From Moniliella sp. 'wahieum' (taxonomy: Eukaryota), in assembly GCA_003971905.1 (NCBI GenBank), contig RSEE01000011.1, positions 868,001 to 932,000 on the forward strand: a stretch of DNA of 64,000 bases. Reading direction: 5' to 3'. Made by a program: the position numbers and the translations under genes. Under the pieces are notes generated by a model. The model did not search any database. It was not told the origin of the DNA and saw nothing but the letters and a program-made list of their open reading frames with translations. Positions 48,498-59,789 of this stretch are shown in pieces (position 1 is the stretch's first letter; the number at the start of each line of letters is the position of its first letter).

Positions 48498-51497
48498 CTA
48501 TGACAACGAGTAACGAGTCGAGGAAATGGAGAGGGCGCCTCGGACAACGGCTTTCAATCTCCCAGCGCAAATACCCTTATCGTTCAAGTCCACGGCCAAA
48601 TTACATGATTCTGAATGCTGTTTGATCCTCCAAAGAGTTTAACGTTGATGGCGTTGATGATCTACGGGCTGGCTGTCGTGATGCGCGTTTGTAGAGTTGC
48701 AAGGTCTTCTTCAACAGTTAGCATTTTCCCAGTCTCCTATTCAGTCGTACGCGTTATGGCGCTCTGACATTTTCTCGGTTCGACTTTTTTCGTCCCGCCA
48801 TCCTAAAGGCGCTTTGCTGCTTGCTGTCCTTGGAGGTGTTCTTGGTTGGCGTTTAGACCATCATCGCTACCACCGCTAGTGCGATTGCATCTTCAAGCTT
48901 CACCCTCAATAAACAACGGCCATCGTAGCTCCACAGGTCTCGGCGGTAAATTACACCGACCATGGTTTAATTTCAACATTCAACTTTGTTCAAACGTTCA
49001 ATGTCCAATGCTCAATGTACAGGCGGAACTGACATTTCCGCTCCATTGGCGGAATTGGATTGCAGCGAGCTGGACGGAATGAATTTTGTTCTCCACTTGC
49101 TCGGGCTATATAAAGGCCAGCGCAGCCGCGCACGTTTTGCTTTCTTCTTCATTGTTTAACAAAGTAAAAAAGGTCCTGCGTACTTTGTATTGCCTTGACC
49201 TTTCTGTGGTCGCTGGCGTACATGCGGGACCGAGAAGGACGCAGTCCACTCTTTGGCAAGCCTGCTCGTGCTGAAAAGCGCCCTTGCTAGCTGAACTTGT
49301 CACCTGGTGGTCCAACATGCTTTTGGCATGTCTCGACGTGTCGCCGATTCTGGAATCCATTTCGTTTCCTTCCTGTGCATGTTTCCTCATTGGTAGTCGT
49401 GAGTGCGCCGAGCAATGGCGCAGCGAGTGCCTGCCATTCATCGCGACCAACCACAACGAAGACGCCTGCGAGGCACGCTAGTGATGCTAGTGACGCTTGC
49501 AAAGGATCGACTGACAACCGGCTCGACCAAACTATACACAAGGTAACAAGGAGCCAAGCCAGAGGCAAAACGGAATCCAAGAAGAAAATGCATTAAACAA
49601 AATGTACCAAGGGGTTGGCCTAGGCACCCAGACCCATTGAGCAGACGCGTGCAAAAAAGCCCCGTCCATGGACCAGGGCGCCATGCCCCAAAGGACATTG
49701 CCAACCCGCAAGGACGATATCTGGTTGAGTATGACACAAGTGCTGACCGTCTTTGAGCGGCCGCCCGCATCGAAGTGAGGCAGCCGCCGTCCTTTCTACC
49801 CTGCCTGTCCTTGCCCTAGAAGGGCAGAGGATAAGCGAGGAGGACCGGCACAGTGCTCTTAAGGCTCAACGGGATGGGTGAAGCTAACGATGCTGCAGAC
49901 AAAAAGAGCCGAGGGCGAGTAGAAATGCAATTTCTGCTGTTGACATTCGAACGAAGAGAGAGAAGGTCAGCTAACTCATTCGTCTCAAGAAAGGTGCACA
50001 GGCACTCGTGACGGCTCAGAAGGCAAAGTGACGGCATCAATGACTGCCCCCACGAGGAAGAGCAGACCTTGAATCAACGGAGGTGCCAGTTAATGGGGCG
50101 CTAGATGCGATGAACGCAATCTGTCCTGCGCCTATCATCACAGCCGGAACAAACGGGAGAGGCGACTCAGTACTCACCCAAGTTGGTCGGTAGGGGAGCA
50201 AGCCAGAGAGCTGACTTGGGCCCCCTGATATTCTTCGCGGCAGGCGCGACCTCCTTCTGCAACTTTGAACCACAGTTACGGACCCTGCTGCGGCACAACC
50301 CCAGCGACCCGGAGGTAGGGTTAACCCTATGGCCTGCTTCCCCCGGATTTACAATGCAGGTCCTCAAGCCTCAGTGCCTGATGTCACAGGCCTAGCTAGC
50401 GATGCTGGCGATGAGGGATGGAGATGGCATTCAAGAGCTAAGGAGACTAGAGCTATGGGCCTTTAGGCTCCTGGCTGGAGGCCAATGGAGGCTCGTGGAA
50501 GGTCCGAAACTCACTGCCCCGGTGCACTGTGTGCATCGGGCCACGTGTCACTGAAGGCCGATGGGCTCTAGACTCCACTGGTGGTCAACACCTGAGCCTG
50601 CATGATTAGATACCGTTGAGACCAAGCCTGAGCTGCGGACTGCCCACTGTTACCGTCTCAAGCACCACGGTGCCCAACAGACCCAGCCTTGTAGGCTCCA
50701 AGGTGCGCCAGGTTATGCCTGCATTGGTGTTTGCCATCTGCTGAGAGATAAAGCAGGTTGAGCTAGAGACCAACATGTGAAAAAAGGCAATGCATCCGTG
50801 GTTAGATCAATTAGATCGGTAGACCCCACCAGCCGCGCTAGCAAGAAACTCTATTCCCCCCTAGCTGGCGAGGGCCGTCTCGAGCCCACGAGCCAGACGG
50901 GCAACTGATGGAGGTCTCCCACAGCCCTTTCCTCATGCCCTCCCTCATCGCCTCGCCTTTGTTCTGATTGCGTCGCCAGGCTCACAATTTATGAGAGGTT
51001 TCGCCAGCTTGCCAACTATGTTTGTTCTCGCTTCTCTCTCGATCCGTTTTGATCATCACAACGAAGAAGTGAGGCAGCAAATTTGGCATGCGGCGTAAGA
51101 TGGCAGATAAAATTAACGTAATTGACCATCGAACGAGATCATGCAGACTCATGCACATGCATCAAGACAGGGCCACAACGGGCCGTCAATATGGTGGTAG
51201 GTCGAAGAACAGGAAAAGATCTCACGTTTTAACAAGCTGATCAATGGGCATGATGAATGAGAGGAGGGGCTATCGCCAAGGCACTGCCAAGGACCACACA
51301 CCAATGTAGTACCGCGTGACACGTGAGAGCAGATTCTTTTAAAGGACAAGGGAGAAGAGATAGGGCATTGCTGGAAGGCGTCGATGCCCAATCTTGCGGG
51401 TATGGGCTTGCGAAAGGAAACAAGGGGGGGGGGGGGTGATAAACGGGGGGCCCAGAGGGGGCTCCAAAGGAGGCTAAAAGCAAAACCGACAACAAGC

Positions 51498-53627
51498 TTA
51501 TGCCAACTTGCGCTCCAGCGCTGCCAACTGCGAAGGTTGCGGGTGCGCCGAGGCCATAACGTCGTGTCCGCGCAACTTGCGTTCCGAGTCAAAGAAGTTG
51601 GCCAGCTCGTGTTCGAGGAAGTCACGCTGCTCGGCGGTGAGGTGGTCCGCATCGCCGTCCTCAACACCGTTGAGCGCCTTCATCGACTCGTACGCCTGTC
51701 GCAGCTCGTCAATCTTCGCCCGGCGGTCGAGCTCGGGGTCGTAGGCGCGGTGGCGGTGCAGCACCACACGCTCAAACAGCGACAGGTGGCGCGGGTGCAC
51801 CGCCACACCGTGGTAGTCCTCCGCACGGCCGTCACGGACGTAGATCCAGTAGCGCTCCAACTCGCGCAGGTCCAGACCCGACGTGTCGGGAACAAACACA
51901 AGAGTAACAAGGCACCCAGCCAAGGCGAACCAAGTCACAATCCAGAACTTGGTCCGGGCCGCAACGTAGTTGTACACAATCGTCGGCACCAACGCACCGA
52001 GCTTGCCGCACGCAGCCGACACACCGTGCGCCGTCGCACGAATCGACGCGGGGTAGCACTCGGCAGCAAGAAGGAAGGTGGTGGTGTTGGGGCCAAACTG
52101 GTTGAAAAACCGATCAGGAAGTAGATCGCCTCGAAACCCTTGACGCCCGGGCCGGGGACGGTCAGCGGCTTGTAGGCGGCGGCCGCAATAAGGAGAAGAA
52201 CGAAGAGCATAAAGAAGCCGTTGAATTGCATCCACTTGCGGCCGTAGTTCTTGTGGTCAATCAGGAGAGCGCCCATGTAGTAGCCGCACAAACTGACACC
52301 CACGTTGATCAGGTTGTACAGCCAGGTGACCCGCACGGACGAAGTACCGGTAATGATCTGGATAAACAAGCCGCTGAACACTTTGTTCCCGTAGAAAGCA
52401 AAGTCGTTGGCAAACCAGCCAAAGGTGGTGCCGATCAGGCGGCCATAATAATGGGTGAGGGCATGCTTGAGCGAGACAATATCGTAACCCGAGGTGTGGG
52501 TGCGCTTCTTGGCCGCACGCACAGCATCGTCCGTGTTGCGAATGCGGTAGTAACGCAGGTAAGCAAGGTAGAGGGTGAAGGCGGCGATGATACCAAAGGA
52601 AACACGGAAGGTCCACTGGGTCGATTTGGCATTGTAGCCCTTGTCACCCAAGTTGTTGTGGAAAATGAGGATGAGGATGATGAGCACAAGTTGGTTGATA
52701 ACCTGGCCCCATCCCTGCATAAGGAAGGAAAGAGCAACGCGACGGCCACGGTGAAGACGGTCGCGTTCGCCAGCGCCATGTCCAGAAGCCTGTTCCATCG
52801 AGGTGGTGCCCACCACGGGGTACTCGCCACCAACACCAAAGCCGTACACAAATTGAGACCAGGCGTAGCAGATGACCCAACCGTTGAGCGACGTGCCCCA
52901 CATGGCGGTAAGCATAACCGATCCAAGCGTCATAATCAGAGCATCTTGCACCATACCAAACTAGTCACCCGCGTCACATGTCAGTACAGGCAACCGGCCC
53001 AGCAAAGCCGGGAATGGGAGAGAAAAAAAATAACGTACCCGACGGCCAATCCAATCCGCTTCGATACCGACGCAGATCTGGCCACAGATAATGCCGACAA
53101 TCTGGAGGTAGTCGGTCGAGTGGACCCAGGTAGCGTTGCACACCTTGTACGTCTTCCAGCACTGCGGCCACACCTCCTTGAAGATGGGGTTGAGGTTACC
53201 GACGGAGAAGAGGGTGTAGCCCTCGACAAACAGACCGAGACCAGTGATGGCGTAGTTGTTCCAGTAAGCACGCAGGGGCGAAAGGGGGTCCTCCTTGAAC
53301 ATGGACCAGACCACGCCAAGCTCGCGCTTGGCCTCGGCGTTGCTCTGGGCGTTGATCCAGCGGGTGCGCTGGCTGGCGGGCAGGTCGGCCCAGTACTCCT
53401 TGCTGTCGGTGTACGAGTCGGTGGGGAAGAGGATGGCGTCGAGGCGCGCCGCAGCCTCGTCGGAGAGGACGGTGTGGTCGTAGTCCGAGTCGTGGCTAGC
53501 CTCCAGACCGGTGCCCACAGAGGACTCGGTCTGCTTGGCCTGCTGCATGTGGACTAGCGCGGGGAGAGAGGTGAGCGGGGCAGAACAAGGCGGCACAAGG
53601 AAGAGCAGACATACTTTCGTCAGACAT
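51498..53627 (-). CDS. MFS phosphate:H+ symporter family transporter (Pho84/Git1/PHT1-related)
   Basis: Motifs ADWIGRR, GFGVGGEYP, FLMQGWGQ, NQFGPNTTTFLLAAECYPASIRATAHGVSAACGKLGA. Micro first exon MSDE, two introns, one frameshift near 52110. Confidence 0.9.
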
Positions 53628-53837
53628 GGCCGACGCAGGGCGTGGTGGTGAGGACAAGAGCAAGGGCAGGCAACGGAGCAGCACGCTTAAAAGGCAGATG
53701 CGACGGACGCGTGGGCAGGCGACAGGAGGGGCGGCTGTGGCAGGTACACAACCAGGTCGTGTGCGGGCAGGACAGGAGTGTCAGGCCGGGCGGCGCAAGA
53801 GGCGGGGTTGCGTTTTGCTCTGCTTCCCGGTGAGGCG

Positions 53838-54865
53838 AACGTGCGCTGCCGGGGATGCACGGGGAGGGCGCAGTATGCCTGCCGGGCATGTCCAGTATGT
53901 TCACCACACCACACCGCGTGCTGGCTGGCCAGCAGACCAGCAAATCAGATCACCCATCCTCCCCCCGGCATCTCCGCGCAGCCCACCGCTCACCCGTCGT
54001 CCAAGCGCAACATGTGATCGGTGGTGGGTGATGCATGGGGCGGCCTGGGGAACGTGCGCATTCGACGCCCGCCGCTACACTCGTCTGCTGCGGCGTGGTG
54101 GCCCAGCTGTCTGGGGCTGGTTGATGCGCTGCTAGATGCCGTCCGCATGAAATTGGAGCGCCCCCGTCTTGGCTCTTGGCTCGGGCTCTTGCGTGCGCCT
54201 CCCAGCAGGGGGGCGGTGTGGGGGTAGACTGGGCGCTCCTCGCTGTGTCTCAGGCCGCGTGCTTAGTTCGGCATGCGGCACGAGGAGTGAGTGTCGGAAT
54301 CTAGGTCCCACAGGGTCTCACGCTGGGCCAGATGCCTGCCTCTTCCAGTTTCCATCACCACCATCACACATTTCTGCTCCGGCGGCCTGCCAGCAGCCCC
54401 CCCAAAGATATAGGAGCGCAGCGGCCGTCGAGGCTATGATCGATGAAGAGCGCGAGCGCAGACTTGCTCAGGCCAAACTCTGTGGCCAAGGGACCGTTCC
54501 TGCTGCCCAGCCTGCCCCTGCCCCTGCCTTTTTTTGCCCTGATCCGCGCCATTCGAACACCGACGGCTGGTGTAAAACGTGGCTGTAGCCCGTCTTTCCG
54601 CCCCTGTCTTGTCCGGACCTATAGCATGCCCTAGCATGCCCTAGCTTGCTGGCGCTTACAACCGGAGGTCTAGCCGCCCACAACCGGATGCAGCCACCCT
54701 CTCACAGGGAGCAGTGAGTGAGAATCCGGAGTACGAAGAGTATTCTGAGAGTATACGAGTACCGAGTACTCCGACCGAGTGGCGAAACCCGCGTGACCGG
54801 GAGAGCAACGCGCAAGGCGTTAGGGGTTGCTAAACGGTAACGATCACCCACCATCCCGCCACGTG
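53838..54865. promoter_or_regulatory. Cluster of Pho4-type E-boxes upstream of the phosphate transporter
   Basis: AACGTG (reverse complement CACGTT) at 53838, 54051 and 54576; CACGTG at 54860. Confidence 0.4.
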
Positions 54866-55970
54866 CCCCTTCAGTTTCCGCAGCGCTTCTTTCTCGGCGC
54901 CGTTTCCTCTACTATAGCTTTCAGGAAAAAAACGGCAATGGTGACCAGTACAAGCGCTAAGCACCACATACGCCAGCAAAGGATGTCGATGCTTCTCCGT
55001 CGCATTGCGCAGCACGCCTGTGCCTGGATACGTAGACGGCAGAGTGGGTACGGCCCCTCTTCTCGGCTCAATATGCTCAATGGACGGCAAAATACAATGC
55101 AGGTACTCGTGTTACGTTCGCGCAAGAAGATGCCTGCTGAGGCTCAGAGGGCTGGAGTAACTCAGACCCTCAAGCCTCAGGGCCTCAGGCCTCAGGCCCC
55201 TCAGGCACTCAGAGTATTACATGTCATTACAGGGTTCGAAAAAAGAGAGAGTTCGCTTGGTTTTCTGTGTGTCCAAAAGATAAACTTCTGCGGCGAAAGG
55301 ATTGGGGCAAACAAGTATGGAGTATCTTGCACCCGCACCCCGGCCAAGTTTGGTGCGTTGCATGAGGCAGTGCGGGAGCCCATTTTCAGCTCATACGCTC
55401 CATCCCCGACACCCACGTCCGCAACGAACCTATGGTGGAGGAAGAGGATGGGACGAGACAGAGGACACAGCGCACCGACTACCGCGTGATGGGGCCCGGA
55501 GCACTCGGAGGATCAGGAATGGAGGTAGACCACACGCTGCGCGACACGGGGTCGCTGGAGGCGCAGAGCGCGTACCGGAGGGTGGTGCATAAGAGCACCG
55601 CAACGCCCTTGGAACGCCGGGAGAAGGAGCTGCTTCGGCTCTTCAAACAAGACGCAGTTATTGGACGAATCCTACTAGTTGCCCCGCAAAAGAACAAAAC
55701 GTAAGTGACAACCTTGACGACGCCTTTGGAGCACTTAACCGTCGCAAATCCACACAGAAGGGAAATTAGTTTAGCAGAGGCACAGTTGCTGCAGAAGAGC
55801 ACGCGAACATGGGATGGAGCCATCTCTTTCTGTGAAAAAGAAGAAAGACCGAGAGAGAAGCTGTTGTTCAACGTATACCCACCGTTGAAACATTGGCATC
55901 GTCGTGTGCCGGACATTGAGAAGGAGCGCATCGGCGTCGAAGAGGTGGGGTTAGAAGGAAAGCAAAAGGG

Positions 55971-56063
55971 CAGAGGACATGGTGAGAAGGAGAAGGAGAC
56001 AGGAAACGAGCGAGACGCTCGAAACATGAAGAAATTGGAAATGGGTGCGAGATCACAGCCAAA
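55971..56063. repeat. Diverged dispersed repeat C, copy 2
   Basis: Collinear with 48410-48497. Confidence 0.8.
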
Positions 56064-56595
56064 AGCGATGATAATGGACTAGAGAACAGCAGCACACTGC
56101 AGGACTGGATGCGATGATGTCGATGATGGGTCAAACGACATAAAAGGTAAGAGTAGGCCCCGAAAGGAAAATAAAATTAAGGGATTAAACAACAAATGAA
56201 TATCCTGGGAGCGGGTACGGGGTCGGTCAAATGGGAGCGATTTGCGTCCAAAATATGTGTGGGGGGGGGAGCCGGCCGACGAGGCCCGCCGATATAATAG
56301 CGCGAGAGCGAGGGAGGACCAAGCCGGCATGACATGAAGGTGGGGCACATGGCCTTCGCACCGCCCGCTCAACGTATGGCGCGGCTTGATTACAAAGGTT
56401 ATCTCAGCGTCTAACGTCTAACCCAAATCGTCCCACGTCCTTGCGCCTATATATGGCTGCGCCTTTTTTGTGTTTGTTCAGCAAAACGTCCTTCCCACAC
56501 TTTCCCCTGTTCCTATATAGGGCCACAGCCTGTCTTTTCTCGGGTCCCGCCCTCAGCTCTTTTCCCTCCTGCCGCCAGCACACACACACCGCCCC

Positions 56596-57355
56596 ATGAC
56601 CACTGAGACCGTTGAGTTCCGCGCCGCAGCGAACGACGTGCCCGAGCACACATTCCGGCGCGTCGACCTGGGAATAAATGGCAAGGTGCGTGAATCGTAC
56701 GAAAGCGTATTGCGCGCTCGTGACGGCGGTGAGGACGGCCTGATCATCGTCTCGAACGACCCGGATCCCATTGATGCTTCGTCGTTCAACCCCGACGGAT
56801 ATGATTCCTTTTCCCTTGTCATCTTCACGGTCTCTGTAACGCCCGAGCAGCGGCACCGTATCCTGACCATCATCGAGAACGGAGAAATCGAAGGGAGCAT
56901 TGAGGATGTTGGCGAAATATTCTGCGCGATCGGCTACTTTGACCGGTACCTGCCACCCGACTTGCTCGCTGAGCCTCACGCCACCGTTCCTCCATTCACG
57001 CCCGCCGTACGCGAATACATGGTGGAGATGGTGAAGACTTCCTTCCGCGGCAAGGGTCCGTGCCAAAAACAAACACACCTCACCTTTATCGACCCAGCTA
57101 CCCTACCGACGGAAAAGCGACGATGATTGAGCTTGCGCTTGGGTTGAGGGTGAGGACCACGAGGAAGGTGAAGTCGAAACGGCTGTGCGCTTGCCCCTTG
57201 ACCAGATCAAGGATCCCTATATCAGGCTCATCAGGACGGTGACCATGTGTGAAGCGTTGGGGTGGAACCCCGGATGGGCCTATAGAAAGCTTGCCGCCGT
57301 TGCCCTGTTCCAGTGTAATCAAGACCCACGAAGAGATGATGCGGGCAAGGAATGA
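56596..57355 (+). CDS. Orphan acidic globular protein (~240 aa)
   Basis: TATA-like boxes near 56448 and 56513 and strong GC3 codon bias. The 176-aa ORF probably continues (42-bp GTCCGT..CAG intron plus frameshifts) into ...VRLPLDQIKDPYIRLIRTVTMCEALGWNPGWAYRKLAAVALF...GKE*. Confidence 0.6.
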
Positions 57356-57482
57356 ACTACGGTGAATGAGGACCGACACGCTCTGTGATGGGCGTATGCC
57401 AGGCAATGCAATGTTGCATGTGTGTTCCCGCATCATTACTACAGGCACTGGTACGGGAAGCGCTATGTAGGAGGGGTCTTTG

Positions 57483-57722
57483 TGTTGACTGTGATCCTCC
57501 GGCTCCCAGTCGGTAGACCAGGTTCGCCTCGGTTCCATCGGCTTTTTCCAAGCTGGCGTCCCAGCATGTCACTGTCCCTGTGCCCTGCACTCTCTCCTGT
57601 GTACTTACTGGCCCTGTGCCTAGTCCGGCCTCCTATATAGATGCGTCTGTACCCATACCCAACTCTAGCTCCAATCCATCACCTTCTCCTCCCTTCTGCC
57701 CGTCCGGTTCCCTAGGCCAACC
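57483..57722 (+). mobile_element. Solo LTR of family A (older copy, inverted relative to 3703-5122)
   Basis: 240 bp, with about 13 substitutions and 3 small indels versus the paired LTRs (hand count). Terminal CA mutated to CC. 5-bp TSD CTTTG (57478-57482, 57723-57727). Confidence 0.95.
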
Positions 57723-58378
57723 CTTTGGGTAGCTTTCGAAGGCCATGGATTATGTGTGCATTATGTGTGCGGTATTTCCGAACAATGAGTTGCTCTTATA
57801 TTCAACACGTTCAACGGTTCAACGCCTGACCTCTCTTAACTGAGGCCTTGCATGCCTATAACGTTGACATGTTGACAACCCCCACCACGCCCATCCTGGG
57901 TGTTTTTTTGCACGTGGGCGCATGCAGCTCTCGCCCGGCGTTTCGCTCGAGGGATGAGAAGCCAAAAGAGGGGAGAGGAGCCAATGGAGGGAAGACAAGA
58001 TCCGGACCCGCTGACGGATTCGACAACGAGATGCTGTTTGAGGGTGCCGACGTTCGTCCAGCACAATCCATTCGTGTCGAGTGAGTGAGGATACCGCGAA
58101 CGGCAGACCGAGGGGCCGATGGCGGAACTCGTTGTACTACACAAAACGTTGCGAAAAAGTATGGTTCAGATAAGCAGCAAGGCGGGAGGGAAGGGTGCTG
58201 CGTGTATGGTGGAAAGAATGGGATGGTGTGAAAATCCACTCCACTTCACCATCCCCTTCTCGTCTCGGGTCCACTTGGACTGCCGACCGCCGGAAGGCCT
58301 TCCGCCTCAGCCGAGCCGTACAGAATGCGACGGGCTGTAGGTCCGCTCTCCCCACCGCCTCCGCGGTAGCCATCACGC

Positions 58379-59112
58379 TCAGGGTCGCGAAGCCTGCGGG
58401 TCAAACGCAAGTGAATTGGCCGCATGGTTGCGGAGCGCAGCCCAAGGGTTGGCGCTCCGTGCCAAATCACTTAACACGGCCTTTTGTCGTGCGCCTTCCT
58501 GCACCAACAACGCCTTGCGTCGTCGACTGGTCATGGTCGGTGCGGGCGCCGCATCGGTCGGTGGAAGGGCACCAATCTTGCCTTGTTGGTGCTGGTCCAC
58601 CGACGCCTCCGCTTCCGCTTCAGCCAACTCACCTACAATCGCGTCCAACCCAGCATGCAGATCTTCCATGCGGCCCGTTTCGGCCGTACCGGCCAACTGG
58701 CCGTTACGCCTGCGCTTGCGTCGGCGCAGCGCCGAGCGGGACAGTGCGTGGTCAGGCAAGGCAGCGAGCGCAGCGCCGAGTAGGCTGGGCTCAATGTCCG
58801 ATCAGGCACGTGTTGCGCTTGCTTGGCCAACAACTCGGCACGCCGCGCCGCACGTTTGTCCGCCTTGCTCAGCTGGGTATGGGAGGTACCGTTCAGCCAA
58901 CTCGGTTGCTCGGTCTGGCGCGCGACGGCCCCAGCGCCAGAGGGACCCGAGGCGGCCCCGCGTTTCTGCACGGCCTTGCTCCCCGTCTGGGAGGCGGACG
59001 AGACGCGCTTTTTGCCGTCCTTGGGAAGACTGGTCCTGGGTTTTGTCTAGCCACGGATGGTCAGTCTCCTCCGTCCCTCCAGATGGGGCAGACTGGCACC
59101 TACCACGCCCAT
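58379..59112 (-). CDS. SLX9: Slx9/FAM207A-like ribosome biogenesis protein
   Basis: Micro-exon MGV plus intron (GTAGGT..CTGAC..TAG), then LSKADKRAARRAELL, LSRSALRRRKRRR, MEDLHAGL, NPWAALRNHA. Frameshifted. Confidence 0.7.
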
Positions 59113-59789
59113 CCTGTAGCACTGGCGGGAGAGGGTGGGGATCGACCGATCAGGTTGGGGGTTGGTAGATTGGTTGACGGGCAGCCTCGGACCAAAAAAA
59201 TAATAGCACAATCGGTGCAACCCGCGTCTCGCATCTCACACCCTCAGATCTTAGCGTGGCGCTGCAATTCCGGCTCGGTTCCCCCGCGCACCTCTCCCGC
59301 GAGGTGGGGCTGGGCGGAGCAAGCCATCGTGCCATTAATCAACGCCCCCAAACACACTCTTTTGCTCTATCCAACCTACCCTTCTCGGCAATCAGCTTCA
59401 CACGCTACTATCCTTCCGACACGCGCCGACGCAGGTAGCCTCGGGGAAACACAGCCAAGCACTAGACATGGTAAATACAGAGCTATAAGCACCGAGCTTC
59501 GAGTGTCCGAGACGGGGAAGAGTACAGGTACAAAACGAAACCAACAAAAGATAGTCTCCCCATCTCAGCCCTCAACCCTCGGCCATATCCATCCCGTCTT
59601 CCTGGACCACAGGAGGCGGGGGCACAGGATCAGGGACAGGTATGGCGGAAGCGGGCAGATCGACCGGGACCGAATGGGACGGGGCGAGCAACGCGGCCGT
59701 CGGCGCATACAGCGCTCGTACCTTCTCCACGCTCGGGGCCAGAACACTATCCCTCGCCGCGCGGATCGCTGCGACGGTAGGCGTATCTG

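Noticed and set aside
52226..53557. 443-aa plus-strand ORF, and similar long ORFs such as 58195-59793 and 61720-62883
   Set aside because: These are antisense shadows of real GC3-rich minus-strand genes and show no domain signal.
55200..55960. Overlapping short ORFs on both strands, and similar ORFs at 63468-63978
   Set aside because: They show no consistent frame, codon bias or recognisable motif.
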